Shown here in pieces: positions 24,019-37,700 of a stretch of DNA of 64,000 nucleotides; positions within the stretch are counted from its first letter, which is position 1; each line of letters starts with the position of its first letter. This DNA comes from Octopus bimaculoides (taxonomy: Eukaryota), in the NCBI RefSeq assembly GCF_001194135.2, contig NC_068999.1, forward strand, positions 53,519,669 to 53,583,668, in the 5' to 3' direction. Made by a program: the position numbers and the translations under genes. Under the pieces are notes generated by a model. That model worked only from the letters and a program-made list of their open reading frames with translations, made no database searches and had not been told where the DNA came from.

Positions 24019-24985
24019 TATTTGCACATCCTCATACAGGTACTTACACATACATACAAACAACTGTGTTCCTCACCCAACTCGTTACTGTCAAGCCTTA
24101 TCATCTCCCTACATTCATCTTTCCATCATTGTTGCTGTAGTTAAATGAGAACATATTTCATCCCTTTCTCTGCTAAAAGTGATCTCTCTATCCCTGGAAT
24201 AATTTTCTTCTAGCATTCACCCCTCATTCTTAACTTCATTCCTCCCCTCTCACATTTTTCATTGATCACACCTCCTGTACTACCAGTCATCCCTTCCTAC
24301 CTCCTTAACCAGATATTATGACACCCATACATAATAGCTACCACTGACACCACAACCACCATCGTTTTTCCACCTACTACACTCATTCCTATGTACTTCT
24401 AACCACCTCCAGCTCTGTCACTATATGGTTCTTTTACTTTCCCTTCTCACTCTTACAAGCCTTACCCACCCTTTCCCGCCCATCATCACCATATTTCTCC
24501 TCTGGCGGTCTTCGTATGTGTCCAGCCAGTCTCATTCATCATGCAGCAGACTTACTCTTGCTGCTTGGAGAATGGCTTCATATATCACTCTGTCTTGGGA
24601 TCTTTCTGAGGCACCACTGATGGTGGGAGGCGATTCTGGCTGTCATCTTCCAGGTCATCAAATAAATCATCACCACCACCTTCATCTCTCTCTCTTTTCA
24701 GCTCTCCACTCCATCCACCCTTATATGAGGTAGCCCTGCATCTCTCTTCTCTCATATTTTCAACTTCTCAACACCCAGTATAAAACCACTTTCCTCTTAA
24801 GTGAAAGGGCTCTTTCATCTAGCAAGTTACATGGCAACCTCAGCAGTGCCAATGTCATGGGGGGAAAAAAGGCATCAAGTACACTCAGTAAAGTATTTAG
24901 TGTTAGAAAGGACGTTCAACCATAGTCATGACAAAGTAGTCACTGGAGCACAACACAGTACATGCAAAAAAGATATTAAATGGTG

Positions 24986-25033
<48 letters not shown>

Positions 25034-25519
25034 TATATATAATCTTCCTACATACAAATATATACACACATGTATGTACACACATACACACAAACATGCA
25101 TACATTCATCCTCTGTTTTTGAAGAGGATCAAGATTCAAGGATGGGTTAGACGACTGGTCTGGTGGTTCCAGTGCTGGTTTATGTGGCCTACCCTGGCCA
25201 GAAATCTTCATTCACAAGTAGAACATGTATCCAAAAGTACAGCATGCCTCTCAGCAGCAGTGCTCTTTTGCTTTCAGCTATCTTGGCTCCTTTGTCAATC
25301 AGAGCACACTAGTTTCAATTTAGGGCAAATACAACATTGAGCCCTTTGGAGGATGCAATCAGTTGACCTACTTTTTCCTTTGTTTCCCAACAGCACACCT
25401 TCCTTGATAGTGTTCACTGTAAAGCAACTAGCATAGGATGCTACAGCCTGGCAGGCAACTGACATATGCAGCACAATTCACTAGAGATTTCAGCAGAGTC
25501 CTGCTAATGGATGGAAGCA

Positions 25520-25870
25520 GAGGATGCTGTTGAGACACTTCATATGAGAAAAGACTGAGATGTCATGCATCTCTTCTCCTGACTGTTCAGAAGGTTGTAA
25601 AAACAACTGTGCAGCAGACCGTGAGTTTGGTGATGAGCTCTGATTCCTCTGCACTCCCACACCTTATTCGATAGCCAAAAGGTAGTGCCAGCTTCAGAGA
25701 TTCTGTTGGTGACCTCTTCATCAATACTAACTGCCCATGAGAGTGACCCACTGAGGAAAGTTAACCTATCAACCACCTGTAGTTTATTTTGAATTTACTT
25801 AGGTTTGATGCAGGTTGTTTCCAAGGGATGGTTGGTGCATGATCTCGGTGATCTTCATTATGAAGTCAAA
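25520..25870 (-). mobile_element. RTE (BovB-like) LINE remnant
   Basis: VDRLTFLSGSLSWAVSIDEEVTNRISEA...VWECRGIR resembles VDKFTYLGSTLS...IDDEVTARIAKA. Confidence 0.72.
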
Positions 25871-27953
25871 GATATTACAGAGAATTTTTCCCTCTGTTCA
25901 CTGACCAAATTGTACAAGCAAAACACTAAGTGATGCAATACTTTGGGCTTAGTAAAAAGGCACACATTGACATATACACAGATATACATTTTCAGTACAG
26001 AAATGTGTGTACACATACATCATTCATTAACGCATAAATATATACATTCAGTCATACATACACATATACATACATATAGTTCATAGTAATAATTATAGAC
26101 CTGAAAATTCCTGAAGATTATTTCAATCAAATGAATTGTAAGTAACAGAAAGCATTAATTAAACTAATCACTTCATTAACTATTACTACAAAAGTTAGTA
26201 CTCATTAAGAAGGTCCTACAGAGTTATTCTGGTTAAAATGTTAAGAAATCTATTTATAAAAATAAATTTAATCACATTCATTCAACTACATTCAGAACTA
26301 ATAAGATGGCAGGGAAAAGGAGTAAAAGAAATTAATTAAATAAAAATAATATATATAAAACAATAAGAGGCAAACAATGTTAATGTAGTTTAATAAAGAA
26401 TAGTTGTGACATGTGAGAAAGAGTGGGGCAGGAGTCAGTGAACACTAAGATTTATACTGAAAACTAGTAAGGATGTAGAGAGAGGTACAGATAGAGTCTG
26501 TGTCAGTTTTAGATCAAAAGCTGAATGAAAAAGGAAATCTGGCAGAGAAAAACTGCACGCTGTGAAGAAGAAGGGTTAACTGCTTCCAGTAAAAGCCACA
26601 GGCATCCACTAGAAGCAGAAACTGACCTTGGTTTTTTTGAGGGCATCCTTCTGCTTTCCGATAGCCAAGAAACTGCTTAGGCATTACCAAAAAAGGTCGT
26701 GACTTGTTTTTCGTGTGGAGACGGCTTGTGGGCGTATTAGGGAACTACTGAATGTATGGCCTATAAACAGCGAAACGAGGAAACAAAAAAGCTTAGAAGA
26801 TGAATCTATGAAAGGAACGGAGGCAGTTCAACGCGACCAACATCACAGGTTAAATTGTCAAGAATACAGGTGTGCAAAACAGGAGACATGCACTTTGCTC
26901 AAACTGGTGGCTGGTCCCCCATGTAGGTGGACTATCAAATGATGCAGTGTGAATGGAGCTTGAGAAATATCATGTACATTCAAAATGAGAGAATACAAAA
27001 CAGAGTGAGGCAAAGGGTAGCACGAGTTAAATTAGGTTTTATACTCACATCCAATGAAACAAAGCTCAGACCCTAAGCCAGCTCTAACCAGGCAACAGCA
27101 ATACATATATACAAATAAACTATTCTTCTCATCAGATAGGAGACACGTTTACTGGTCATCATTTACAAATATATTCAAATGCTCATGCCTATAGCTTAAT
27201 ATTTAATTCCTTTCTTTTCTTTTTTAAGTGTTACAGCTTTAATAGAGCTCCCTTCTTGTTAATAAATTAATTACAGAAGGTAACTTATGTAGGCAAAAAC
27301 TTCTGTAACTCATGAGAGGTTAATGTGCTTTCCTAAAGTCACTATGTTAAAAGACAATCTTCTGTAGAAAAAATATTGTAGAAGTGAAAGACCAGCAATT
27401 AAATAAGAGTAACATCTGAACCTCCTTTATTCCCACCCCTATAAAAATAATAACAGTAATAATAGTTTCAATATTACCTTAAATATGTCTACAAATATTA
27501 AAATACAATAAACCAGGGGTGTAAAATATATATATATAAATAAACCAGACAGAAATAACAAACTGGAGTGAGAGAAATTTAACAATTAACAATCAAACTT
27601 ATTTGTTTAGGTAAATCTGAAATATGAACTGAAGCGTTAACTGAGATGATATGATCACATTAATTGATGAACTCCACCCTGAAGATGAAAATAATATTAA
27701 AGGGGATAAGAAAAAAAAAATAACATCAAGGGGAGAAGAGAAATTAAAAAAAAAAAATACGAAAAATAAAACATGGAGAAAATCACTAGACAAAAAATTC
27801 ACGAGAAAAAAAAAAAAAAGTTTCATTTCAAACAAAGTTATCAAATATTTTCATAAAATATTTTGTGCTGAACCTGATGAGAAAAAAAAAAAAAAATTAT
27901 TGATCACTAAATAAATTAGTCAATATAAAATCTTATTGTTTCGAAATGGTAGT

Positions 27954-28324
27954 NNNNNNNNNNNNNNNNNNNNNNNNNNNNNNNNNNNNNNNNNNNNNNN
28001 NNNNNNNNNNNNNNNNNNNNNNNNNNNNNNNNNNNNNNNNNNNNNNNNNNNNNNNNNNNNNNNNNNNNNNNNNNNNNNNNNNNNNNNNNNNNNNNNNNNN
28101 NNNNNNNNNNNNNNNNNNNNNNNNNNNNNNNNNNNNNNNNNNNNNNNNNNNNNNNNNNNNNNNNNNNNNNNNNNNNNNNNNNNNNNNNNNNNNNNNNNNN
28201 NNNNNNNNNNNNNNNNNNNNNNNNNNNNNNNNNNNNNNNNNNNNNNNNNNNNNNNNNNNNNNNNNNNNNNNNNNNNNNNNNNNNNNNNNNNNNNNNNNNN
28301 NNNNNNNNNNNNNNNNNNNNNNNN
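27954..28324. other. Assembly gap (other gaps: 6815-7554, 10336-10399, 57444-57732, 59575-60263)
   Basis: N runs; ORF-track entries crossing them are artefacts. Confidence 0.99.
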
Positions 28325-31300
28325 ACTTTTTTTAAAGTTTGGTACTTATTCTGTTTGCTTCTTTTATCAAACTTACTAGGACATAAACAAAACAGTACTG
28401 GTTGTCAAGTTGGAGGGGGGGGGGCGAACCCAAACACAAAGACACAACCAATGGGCTTCCACAGTTTTCATCTACCAAATTCTCTCACAGGACACTGGTT
28501 AGCTTGCCCAAGGTGCCATGCAATGGGACTGAACTCAAAATCACATTACTGCAAAACAAGTTTCTTAACCACACAGCTATGCCTGCACTTAATGTAAACT
28601 GCCAAGATCATCCAGTTGATCAAACTAGAATTCTCATCATATAAAACTAACCTGTGTGTGTACAAGCATGTTTATATGCATGAAACTACTCCTTATGCAT
28701 TTGTATGATCTCTCCTGCCTGGCAAACAATCTCTGGTTCATTTCTTTCAATAAACCTGTAAATTACTAGGGCATAATCTGTCAAATCTTCCACAACAACT
28801 TGCTTCACATTCCACCAATGTCTTCAAACCATCCCATTTTCCATACCATCTCCATTCTCGCCCGTAGCCCATACCTACTTAGTATAAACTGTACACAAAA
28901 CCACAAAGTATATTCAGTCTGTGTTCTACTGCAAGTCGTTAGAAACATAACTAGGCAGAAGTTATAATGATACAGCAAAACCAGTCTAACAGAAATTGTG
29001 CTTGCTTGTAGTTTTGAATTTTGTATCATACTTAACGTATACTCAACAGTAAAGACACACAATTTCATGGCATAAAAGACAGGCATATTTGATGCTTCCC
29101 AATTTCAGTAATGCATATTTCAGAAAGAAAGTTTTTAGTGCAGTGAAGCATATAATATCTAATCCTTTAATATTCAAACTGGCCATACCTGGCCCATATA
29201 TTCTACCAGTTTTGTATTCTATCTGGTTAGATCCAGTCTCTTATATCTACCCTAAAATGTCACTCTAAAAAGTAAACAATCACATTATTGAAATCTCAAA
29301 AGCTCCAACATAATTTATGATTAATTCAAAACAATATGAATAAATAAGCATTACATTTGACAGAGTAATTTGAATGCTAAAGGGTTAAAGCAAATTTGTA
29401 TATAGGACCTGGGGTAAGTTTTTGAGACATTTCCCTTGGGGGAAAAAAAGTGCGTTTTATATAACATTAAATATGGTACATTCTAGAAACAAATTAAACA
29501 AAAAAAAATTACAAAAATACAACAAAGAAATATTAAACAATATTCATCAAGGACATTACAAAAAAGAAAAATTAAAATTATAAATTTACACACAATCAAA
29601 CCTGTATAGTATTACAAACATTGTGTATCAAACAAGAGACTATGCATTTCACAAGAACCAAAAATGATGATTTTTAGAGCTTTTATGATATTCTTACAAA
29701 GTTCTTCAGACTCTATAACCTTATTCATGGTGTCTGTGTTGGGTCTTAAATAGCCATATGACTTTTGCAGTATAATTACTTACTCAATACATAACTTTTA
29801 AAATAGACCCTAGAACAAGTATAATGGTAAGCATTCTTCTCTTATCTTCATCTAACTACTGTCATTACTGAGGGTTCTTTTAATCCTTTAACATTTGAAT
29901 TGGCCAAATCTGGCCCAGACCAGTCACCAGACTTTGGTGCCTAGGGATGCTTCAGAATATTCTTTGTTATTATTAAACTGGTGTATGGAACATAAGTTAA
30001 CAAGAAATTCTGATGGAAGGTTTTAACTTAGATCACTTCAAAACAAAAAGTCTATCATAGAATGAGGGGTGGTCTCAGACAGGTTAGTATTAAAAGGGTT
30101 AAAGGGGGTGGGATTCACACACAACTTAATGACAAGGCTGTGTAGTTAAATTCATTTTGCAGCCATATGGTTTCGGGTTCAGTCCCACTTGAGTGGCACC
30201 TTGGGCAAGTATCTACTATTGCAACTGGTTGACCAATGCAGTTTGAGTGAATTTAGTAAATAGAAACTGTGTGGAAGCTTGTGTGTGTATGCATACGCAC
30301 ACTGCCAACCACTTGATAGTGTTGGTTTGTTTATATTCCTGAATGTAGCAGTTCAGTAAGAAATCAACAGAATATGTACCAGGCTTCAAATACGGAGTAG
30401 ATAGTTAATAATGACCGAAATTAGTGAAGAAAATAAATCTATCATGGAATTTTTATTTGGAAACTACTCTAAGTAGAGGTAAAATCTGAAATAAAAAGTT
30501 ATTTAAATTTTGTATAAAATCACAATAGAAAATGAGTCATTAGCCATCATTATGCTAAATAACTTACTAAATCAACATCAATGTTGTTGCAAGATAGGTG
30601 CAGCAAGTCACATTTGGTATATAGTCAACCACTAGCTTGTTTACATGCATGATCAAGCTTCATTTTCCTCCTGGATAGTTTTATTTTATGTGAAGAAAAT
30701 GCTGTTGACATGTTTGGTTACTTCTAATAACTATGGGAAGCAGTTTTAAAAGAGAGAGGATTGTAATTAATTTTCTCAGTCACTACTGGTAACTGGACCA
30801 CCGCTTGTGCTTATAAGACTGATTTTTGGGGAACAGTTTTTTTTCTTGGAAGGGTGCCTTATAAGGTGTCACATGTAGTAGTTTAGTACTCTACCTAGCA
30901 TTGTTTCCAGGTCATTTGACAAAGGACACAGTGACCAGTGTAATGAGCCAACAAGAATATCTACATCAGTCATGGGCAATCTACGGCCTATAGGACTTTC
31001 CAAATGACATAACTGACAAAGAAATTACCTTGAATATTTTTGGTAGTGCTGGCTGCCTGATAATGATGAAACATGTCTCATACAGCTTGCTTCTAGTAAA
31101 AGTCTGTCTGCGCCTGCTTTACATGATCAGTTCACTTGCTAGAAATAGCAGCCAAATTTCCTTCAGATCACACCTTTCTATCTAAGAAGAGGACATAATG
31201 GGACATGCAGCCTTGGGCAAACTACTGTCACAGGGCTAGAATGCCTTTGATTATAAATCCTCTCATTCAGAGATGATATGGGGTTTAACTAGTGAGTGAG

Positions 31301-32229
31301 GTTGGTGGAAATTGAAGTTAGATTGTCACTGTTTTAGGATAACAGTTTGAAAAGAGAGAGATCCAGAATTACGCAGGTCAGGAGTACAGAGGGTCGAAGC
31401 TGATGCAAATATTTGTCCTGTTTCATACAAAAACACGCACTTATGGCTATTGCTGTTTATCTATAGTTTAACCCCTGATCCAGCAGACTTATGACCCCAA
31501 GGTATTTTACTCTTTAGCATTCAATTTCTGTCAAATGAAATGCTTATTTATTTACAATTTGAATTAGTTGTGAATTACCTTATAGCTTAAAGGTTTCAAT
31601 ATTTATTTTTAGAATAATATTGTCGGGTATGTGTGAGAGACCTGATATGGCCAATTTAAATGTTAAAGTGTTGACAGATTGAGCCCTACAATCAAAATAT
31701 TCTAAAATAGAGCTGATTATCTGAAACAATATACATGAAAACTAGAATATTGACCAAATAATGTTGTCTTCATATAGTCTACATGGAGTCATTACTGATG
31801 ATCATAGTTCTATAGAATTGGTATCTCAATCTCTCACACATCAACTTTTAGTGGTTTTGAACTCAGAAATGCAAAGCAAGGCAATGAACCAGACACCAAA
31901 GCACATATAGCACCCTCCACTGCCATCTGCCTAACTATTTCAAAGGAAATTTTAAATGGTCACTCAACTCACTACAAATTGCAGTAAATCACACCCAATT
32001 AATCTTGAAATAACAGATCCACACACCTTGAATAATAGATCCACAGATTCATACAGGCCAGGTTTGCTTTCAGAAGACTACCCCCATTGTATCTGAAGAC
32101 AAAAACAAAAATTTAAAACATCACGCCTAACTCATGGCATATGTTTTCACTTTATAGTCTCCATGCAAAAAGAGGGACAATGCATTATTGAGACATCAAA
32201 AAACTTGAGCACTTTCACCAGCTGAACAG

Positions 32230-32490
32230 TCAAACCATGATAAATATAAAACTTAAAGCATGTCGCCAATATTGCATATTCACAGCCCTTAAGAAAGCTA
32301 AACCCAACATCATCATCATCATCAGAGCCACCATCATAAAATATTGGTTAAGATGGACAAGACAAGAATTCCTCATGAATGATACCAGATTTCCTTGCCA
32401 GATACTTTATGATGAGTTCACCACTGGCAGAAACAAGGATATCCTCCATGACACTACAAAGACCAACTCAAAGAGGCTATAAAGAAAACT
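32230..32490 (+). mobile_element. RTE LINE remnant
   Basis: IIKYWLRWT...MNDTRFPCQILYDE resembles LRWTGHVIRMDD.R.P.QLLYGEL. Confidence 0.6.
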
Positions 32491-33314
32491 AGCATAACTC
32501 TTTAGCATTTAGAGTGGCCATATCCAGCCTCAAACATTCTATCCATTTTATGTTCAAACTGGCCAAATTAGGCCTCTTACACCTACCCTACAATGTCATG
32601 TCATTCTAAAAATAAAACAATCACATTATCAAAATCTAGAAGCTATGAGATATTGCACAATTGATTCAAAGCAATGTGAATGAATAAGCAAAACATTTGA
32701 GGGAAAAATCTGAATGCTAAAGGGATAAATCAGACAACCTAGGAAGAACAATGAATCAGAAACTTCAGCATCAAATTATCGATTTGGAAAAAGATGCCAA
32801 AGAAATGAAGAGGCACAGTTGTGGATGTGTGGTAAGACACTTGCTTCTTAACCACATGGTCCCAGGATCAGTCCCACTGCATGGCTTCTTGGGTCGGTGT
32901 CTTCTATAGCCTCAGGCCAAATAAAGTCTTGTGAATGGATTTGGTAGGCAGAAACTAAAAGAATCCTGTCATATATGTGTGTGTGTGTGTCCCTACCACT
33001 GCTTGACAACCAGTATTGGTATGTTTACATTCCTTGTAACTTAGCAGTTTGGCAAAATATACCAACAGAATAAGTATCAGGTTTAGAAAAAAAAAAGTAC
33101 TGTGGTCAATTCATTTCAGTAAAAATTCTTCAAAGTGGTGAGCCAGCATGGCCACAGTCTTATAATTGAAACAAGTAAAACAAAAAAAAGGACAAATTTG
33201 TGTGGCCACATGTTTCATGTAAGGCTCTGACTTCTTAGTTGTTGGAGATACTGACATAACAAATAGGACAAGAAAAGAACAAACAAGGAACAGACACCTA
33301 TGATGGATAGGCAC

Positions 33315-33815
33315 AGGCATAGCTGTGTGGTTAAAAAGCTTGCTTCTTAATAGAGTGATCTCAGATTTAATCCCACTGCATGACACCTTGGGGTAAACCT
33401 CTACTATAGCCCCAGGCTGACAAAAGACTTGTGAGAGAATTTGGTGGACAAAGCTTGAAGAGAGCCTGCCATGTATGTCTGTGGGTGCATGTGGCTTGAT
33501 ATCATGTGATGGTTGAAAATGAGCAGAACTGTTATACAACATCCACCAGGAATAGAGAATCACCAACAAATGGTGGATGCAGTGACATGCTGTTACAGTG
33601 AATAACCCCATACTACTACTACAACTACTACTGTCATACAAGCAATGTTGCTCATTTCTAGTCTTCCATGAAAAACATATCTAGTCATGGGGAAATATTA
33701 GCTTGCCATAAAACAGATGAGGGGGTTGGCAACAGGAATGGCATTAGGCCATAAAACAGATTCTGCCTGACCCATGCAAGCATGGAAAAACGGATGTTAA
33801 CTGATGATGATAGTC
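33315..33815 (+). mobile_element. SINE with family-A head and a different (LINE-like) tail
   Basis: Same tRNA-like head, then gtcttccatgaaaa...ggggaaatatta...gacccatgcaagcatggaaaa...gatgatga. Same architecture at 62395-62760. Confidence 0.7.
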
Positions 33816-34399
33816 AAATATAACATTTTATACAAAACCTGTAATTTAGTGCAAATTTAAGACTATATATAAGCTGCTTTTTTTTTTAATCTTTTGGGAG
33901 GGTGGTCCCCCCATTAAAACAAGGACACATTCCTTATATCTTCTCTCATAACGCACCAGTTTGTACAAGTGATTCTTGACCTCACCACAAAGTAATCACC
34001 AGAGCTGTCTCAAACCATATTATCTTTGCAGAAAGTGACAATTCAATCAAGGAAACAATTGCTAAGAAGATGTGACATTCATAGGTAGAGTACCTTTAAT
34101 CACATATCTACATGAAGCACACACACACCAGTGCCACCTTGAAAGCACCTGCACCCATGCCAGTGTCACGTAAAAAGCACCTGTGCCAGTCCAGTGCCGT
34201 GTAAAAAGCTCCCTGTACACTTATGTATGTGTGCATATATATATATACACACGCATACATACAGAAGTGATAGATAGCTCTATTACCTAGGCGACCTAAT
34301 TAGCAGTGTGTATTCCAAAAACATAGTATAGCCAAGGTAAAAATGGGTCGAAAAAAATTTAAGGAGTTAATTACCACTGCTGGCAACAAAAGACTTTCT

Positions 34400-34725
34400 G
34401 AATACAAGGTAAGTAGTATAACACTTGAGTATGAAGTGCAAAGGCTGGAAAGAAATGAGGCTACAATATTCTGCTGGAGGTGTAATAATGTACAGGAAGG
34501 ACCAACCAAATGAGCTGAAAGAAAAATTGGCTATAAAGGGGATCAGATGTAGTATGCAACAGAGGAGGTTCTTCTGGTATGGGGGGTGGGGTTTGACAGT
34601 GGGGTAAAGAAGTGTCACGCAATCCAAAAGGAAGGAACCTGCAAAAGAGGAAGACTGAGGAAGACTCAGGAAAAAAAATGTTGAAAGTTGATTTCAAGCT
34701 GCTCAACTTCACAAGGAAGATGACT
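34400..34725 (+). mobile_element. RTE LINE remnant (post-RT region)
   Basis: QRLERNEA...LKEKLAIKGIRCSMQQRRFFWYG...VKKCHAIQKEGTCKRGR, matching the RTE-type LRWYGH region. Confidence 0.75.
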
Positions 34726-37700
34726 AAGAACCACAATAAACTTAGATGCTGGTAAAACAGATATAAAAAGAATATAGTGTGTTTGTGTATATCTATGTAA
34801 GTCTAACTATATCTCTATAGATATGTGTGTAAAATGGGGGGGGGGAAACTGACATTGCAGTGATGGTTGTGTAGTTGAGAGATTTGCTACCCAATCAAGT
34901 GATTTTAGGTTTAGTTTCATAGTGACATCTTGGCAAAGTGTCCTCTACTATGGAGCAAAGTCAACCAAAGCCTTGTGACTGTATTTGGTAAATGGAAACT
35001 GAAAGATGCCCCATCATATATGTATATAAATGTGTGTGTGTGTACACAAATATGTGAATGTTTGTGCCCCATTGTTTTGACAGCACGGGATAGTGGTAAA
35101 CAAGCAACACCAGCATCCTTCATAAAGGAAGAAGAAGGGCATCCACCCGCTTCAGTGAATTCTGCCTGAGCCATGCAAGCATGGAAAAGTGGACGTTAAA
35201 ACAATGACGACTGGCTTATGGAATCAAACCTCACATCCGCTACAAATCGTATGGCTATGCTAGCTGCTTCACAAAAACCTACAACTTCAATTGTCTTAAT
35301 TAGCTACCTTAAACAAAATAGAATTCCTCATGCCAGTCACCTGTCAATAAGTAACTCAGTCAACACACCACCAAAATATGGTATTATATATAAGAAGGCA
35401 GAAAAAAGTAGTCATCAGCACTTTAACATTCACTTTTCTATGCTGACATGTTTAAGGCAAATTTTCTAAGGCCTGATTGTCCTTCCTGTTGCCAACTTTC
35501 ACCCGTTTCCAAGTGAGATATTTTCGTATGGCCAGACACATTTCCACAGATGACTAGAAATGAAGGACACCACTTGCAGTACCGTGACACATTCGCTTCC
35601 AACTATCATGTGATGACAAGGCAAGGAATGCAACAAGTGGTAGAATGCTGAATTGGAGGGAGTACATCCAACCCCTGCAAGGATGGGGAAAAAACAAAAA
35701 CAAATGTAAACTGATAATGGGAAAATAGAAGTCATTTATGGCTGGGAGGATCTGAGGGGCAAAATCAAAGGTATTTCAGCTATGGCTATCTTTTATTTAT
35801 CCAAGGCAGCAGGGAGTGTTATTTGAGGAAGATTTAACTGACATTTCCAGCAGATCAACTGGTTATATAAAAGCTTCCTCAGTAAAAATACATAGTGTTA
35901 ATAAATAATATATATGAGAAGTACCAACAGCCAACTGGACACATCATCTAAAACAATCATCACTCACCATTAAACAGTTTGTTGTTTCCTTGACAACAGC
36001 TAGTGACAATCATCACTAACTCTACAATTATATTCAAACTGCACCACCACCATCTCACTTTCTCTCTCTCAAGTATTGATATGCAACAAGATCGAAGAGG
36101 GGAAGATGTGATCACCTGAAATTAAAGGTTCGCTTCTGGCCAGCAGTGCTTCATGTAGGTAAATGATATAGGCAATTAACTTCCAGTTCATTTAGCTGTA
36201 ATTTAGGTGCTACAAAGTAGAAACACCTCGCTTCCCTGCTGCAGGCAGTGCATGACAAGTGCTTTGTTAGTTTGCAGTGCTGGGTTCGGTTTCCTGTGTA
36301 GCAAGGCTAATTTGCAGAAGACAATCGACATAAAGACAGAATCTTCAGTGCTGTCACAACACGGACAAGATAGAATGAGTTTGTATGCAACAGCACAACA
36401 GTGGTGCTGTTACAGACTGGTGTACGTAGACTTTAACAAAAAGTACACTGGTCATACATATATACATACATACATATAATGTGCTAACTACTATCTGATG
36501 CATAAAGTGTGTATGGTAGGAGAGTTCTGGCTAAGGAAGAAAGAGGGGAGACCAATATTTCAAAGTCAGCATAATTAGAGGAACCAAGACCATATTTACT
36601 AGCAATAGAAAAGAGAGAACAGACAAATTATGATGTTGGGTGCTGAAAAGTATAAGCTTGCCAAAGCAGATAAGTGGCGTTTCCTTTTAGTAACATTTTT
36701 GAGAGAATCTCAGTGTTTGAAATAATCAAGTCAGATTAAAATCTGAGGATCCATGAGACTTAACAAGAAATTAAATACAGCATTTCTAAGGGGACGCTAA
36801 AGGTTTACAATGTCGTAAATTTGATTATTTCAAGTAAATGGTGGTTGTAATTTTAGTGTTAGTCAATTTGAATGGGGACAAGCTGTCATTGCCTTATAGT
36901 ATGTTGTGGAGCTCTTGCTCGACCCTGCTCCAGTAGATCTATAAATCAAAGACGTTCCTTTTATAAATATAAAGTGTTATTCGATGGAGATTTGACTGCT
37001 ATTTCTCGTGGGTTCAATGACAGCATAGGGGTTCCCTTGTTGACCAAATTTCACCATACTTTGCGGAGGCATTAATGAGTGTCGGTTGGACGAAGCGTGT
37101 ATGCCGAATACGGGAGAGGCAGCAAGAGGTAAGATCATACGCATAGGTGTGTGTGTGAAGGCCAACCAGTGTGGAACCCTCTAGTTATCGAAGCATAAGA
37201 CCAGGGAAAGCTCCATCAAAACATAATTGCGAAGGGTCGACCGAGCAGACAAAGAAGCTTCTGGTGTAACAATTAATATAGTGTGCGTGCCAAACACTGT
37301 CGAATGTTCTGCTTGATGTCAAGGACAATAAACATCAAACTTCTCAAGGGCGGTCTCTTGTACGCCAGTGGCTGCGCAGAATTATTCATTGCTGGCCACA
37401 TCAGTACTGACTGTGAAAGCTATTAACAGGTTAGTTTGGCAGAATCAAATAGGTTGTCTTGAGTGGGAGTGGAGCAAAATCACGTTTCCACATCTCGAGG
37501 TAAGTATCAACAGTGAGAGCGAGAGAGACAGAGTGTGTGTGTGTGTGTGTGTGTGCGTTTGAGAGTGAGAGAGAGAACTGTCACGTTTAAAGCAAGAGAA
37601 ACTGCTACATCAACCATTCGCAATAATAATAGTAGTAGTAGTAATAGTAGTAGTATCAACAGCACCTACATCCATCTTTGGTACAGAAATGTGTTGCATC

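Noticed and set aside
23853-24148. HT/YI/CV-repeat ORFs (also 24990, 43749, 44238)
   Set aside because: Translations of (CA)n/(TA)n microsatellites.
26560-26950. Locally CpG-richer, complex sequence with a 75-aa ORF
   Set aside because: No recognisable domain or splice pair; most likely an unclassified old TE fragment.
36100-37530. High-complexity sequence at the left CpG boundary with plus-strand donors (37128, 37499)
   Set aside because: No open frame or acceptor/donor pair could be tied to a gene; left unannotated rather than guessed.
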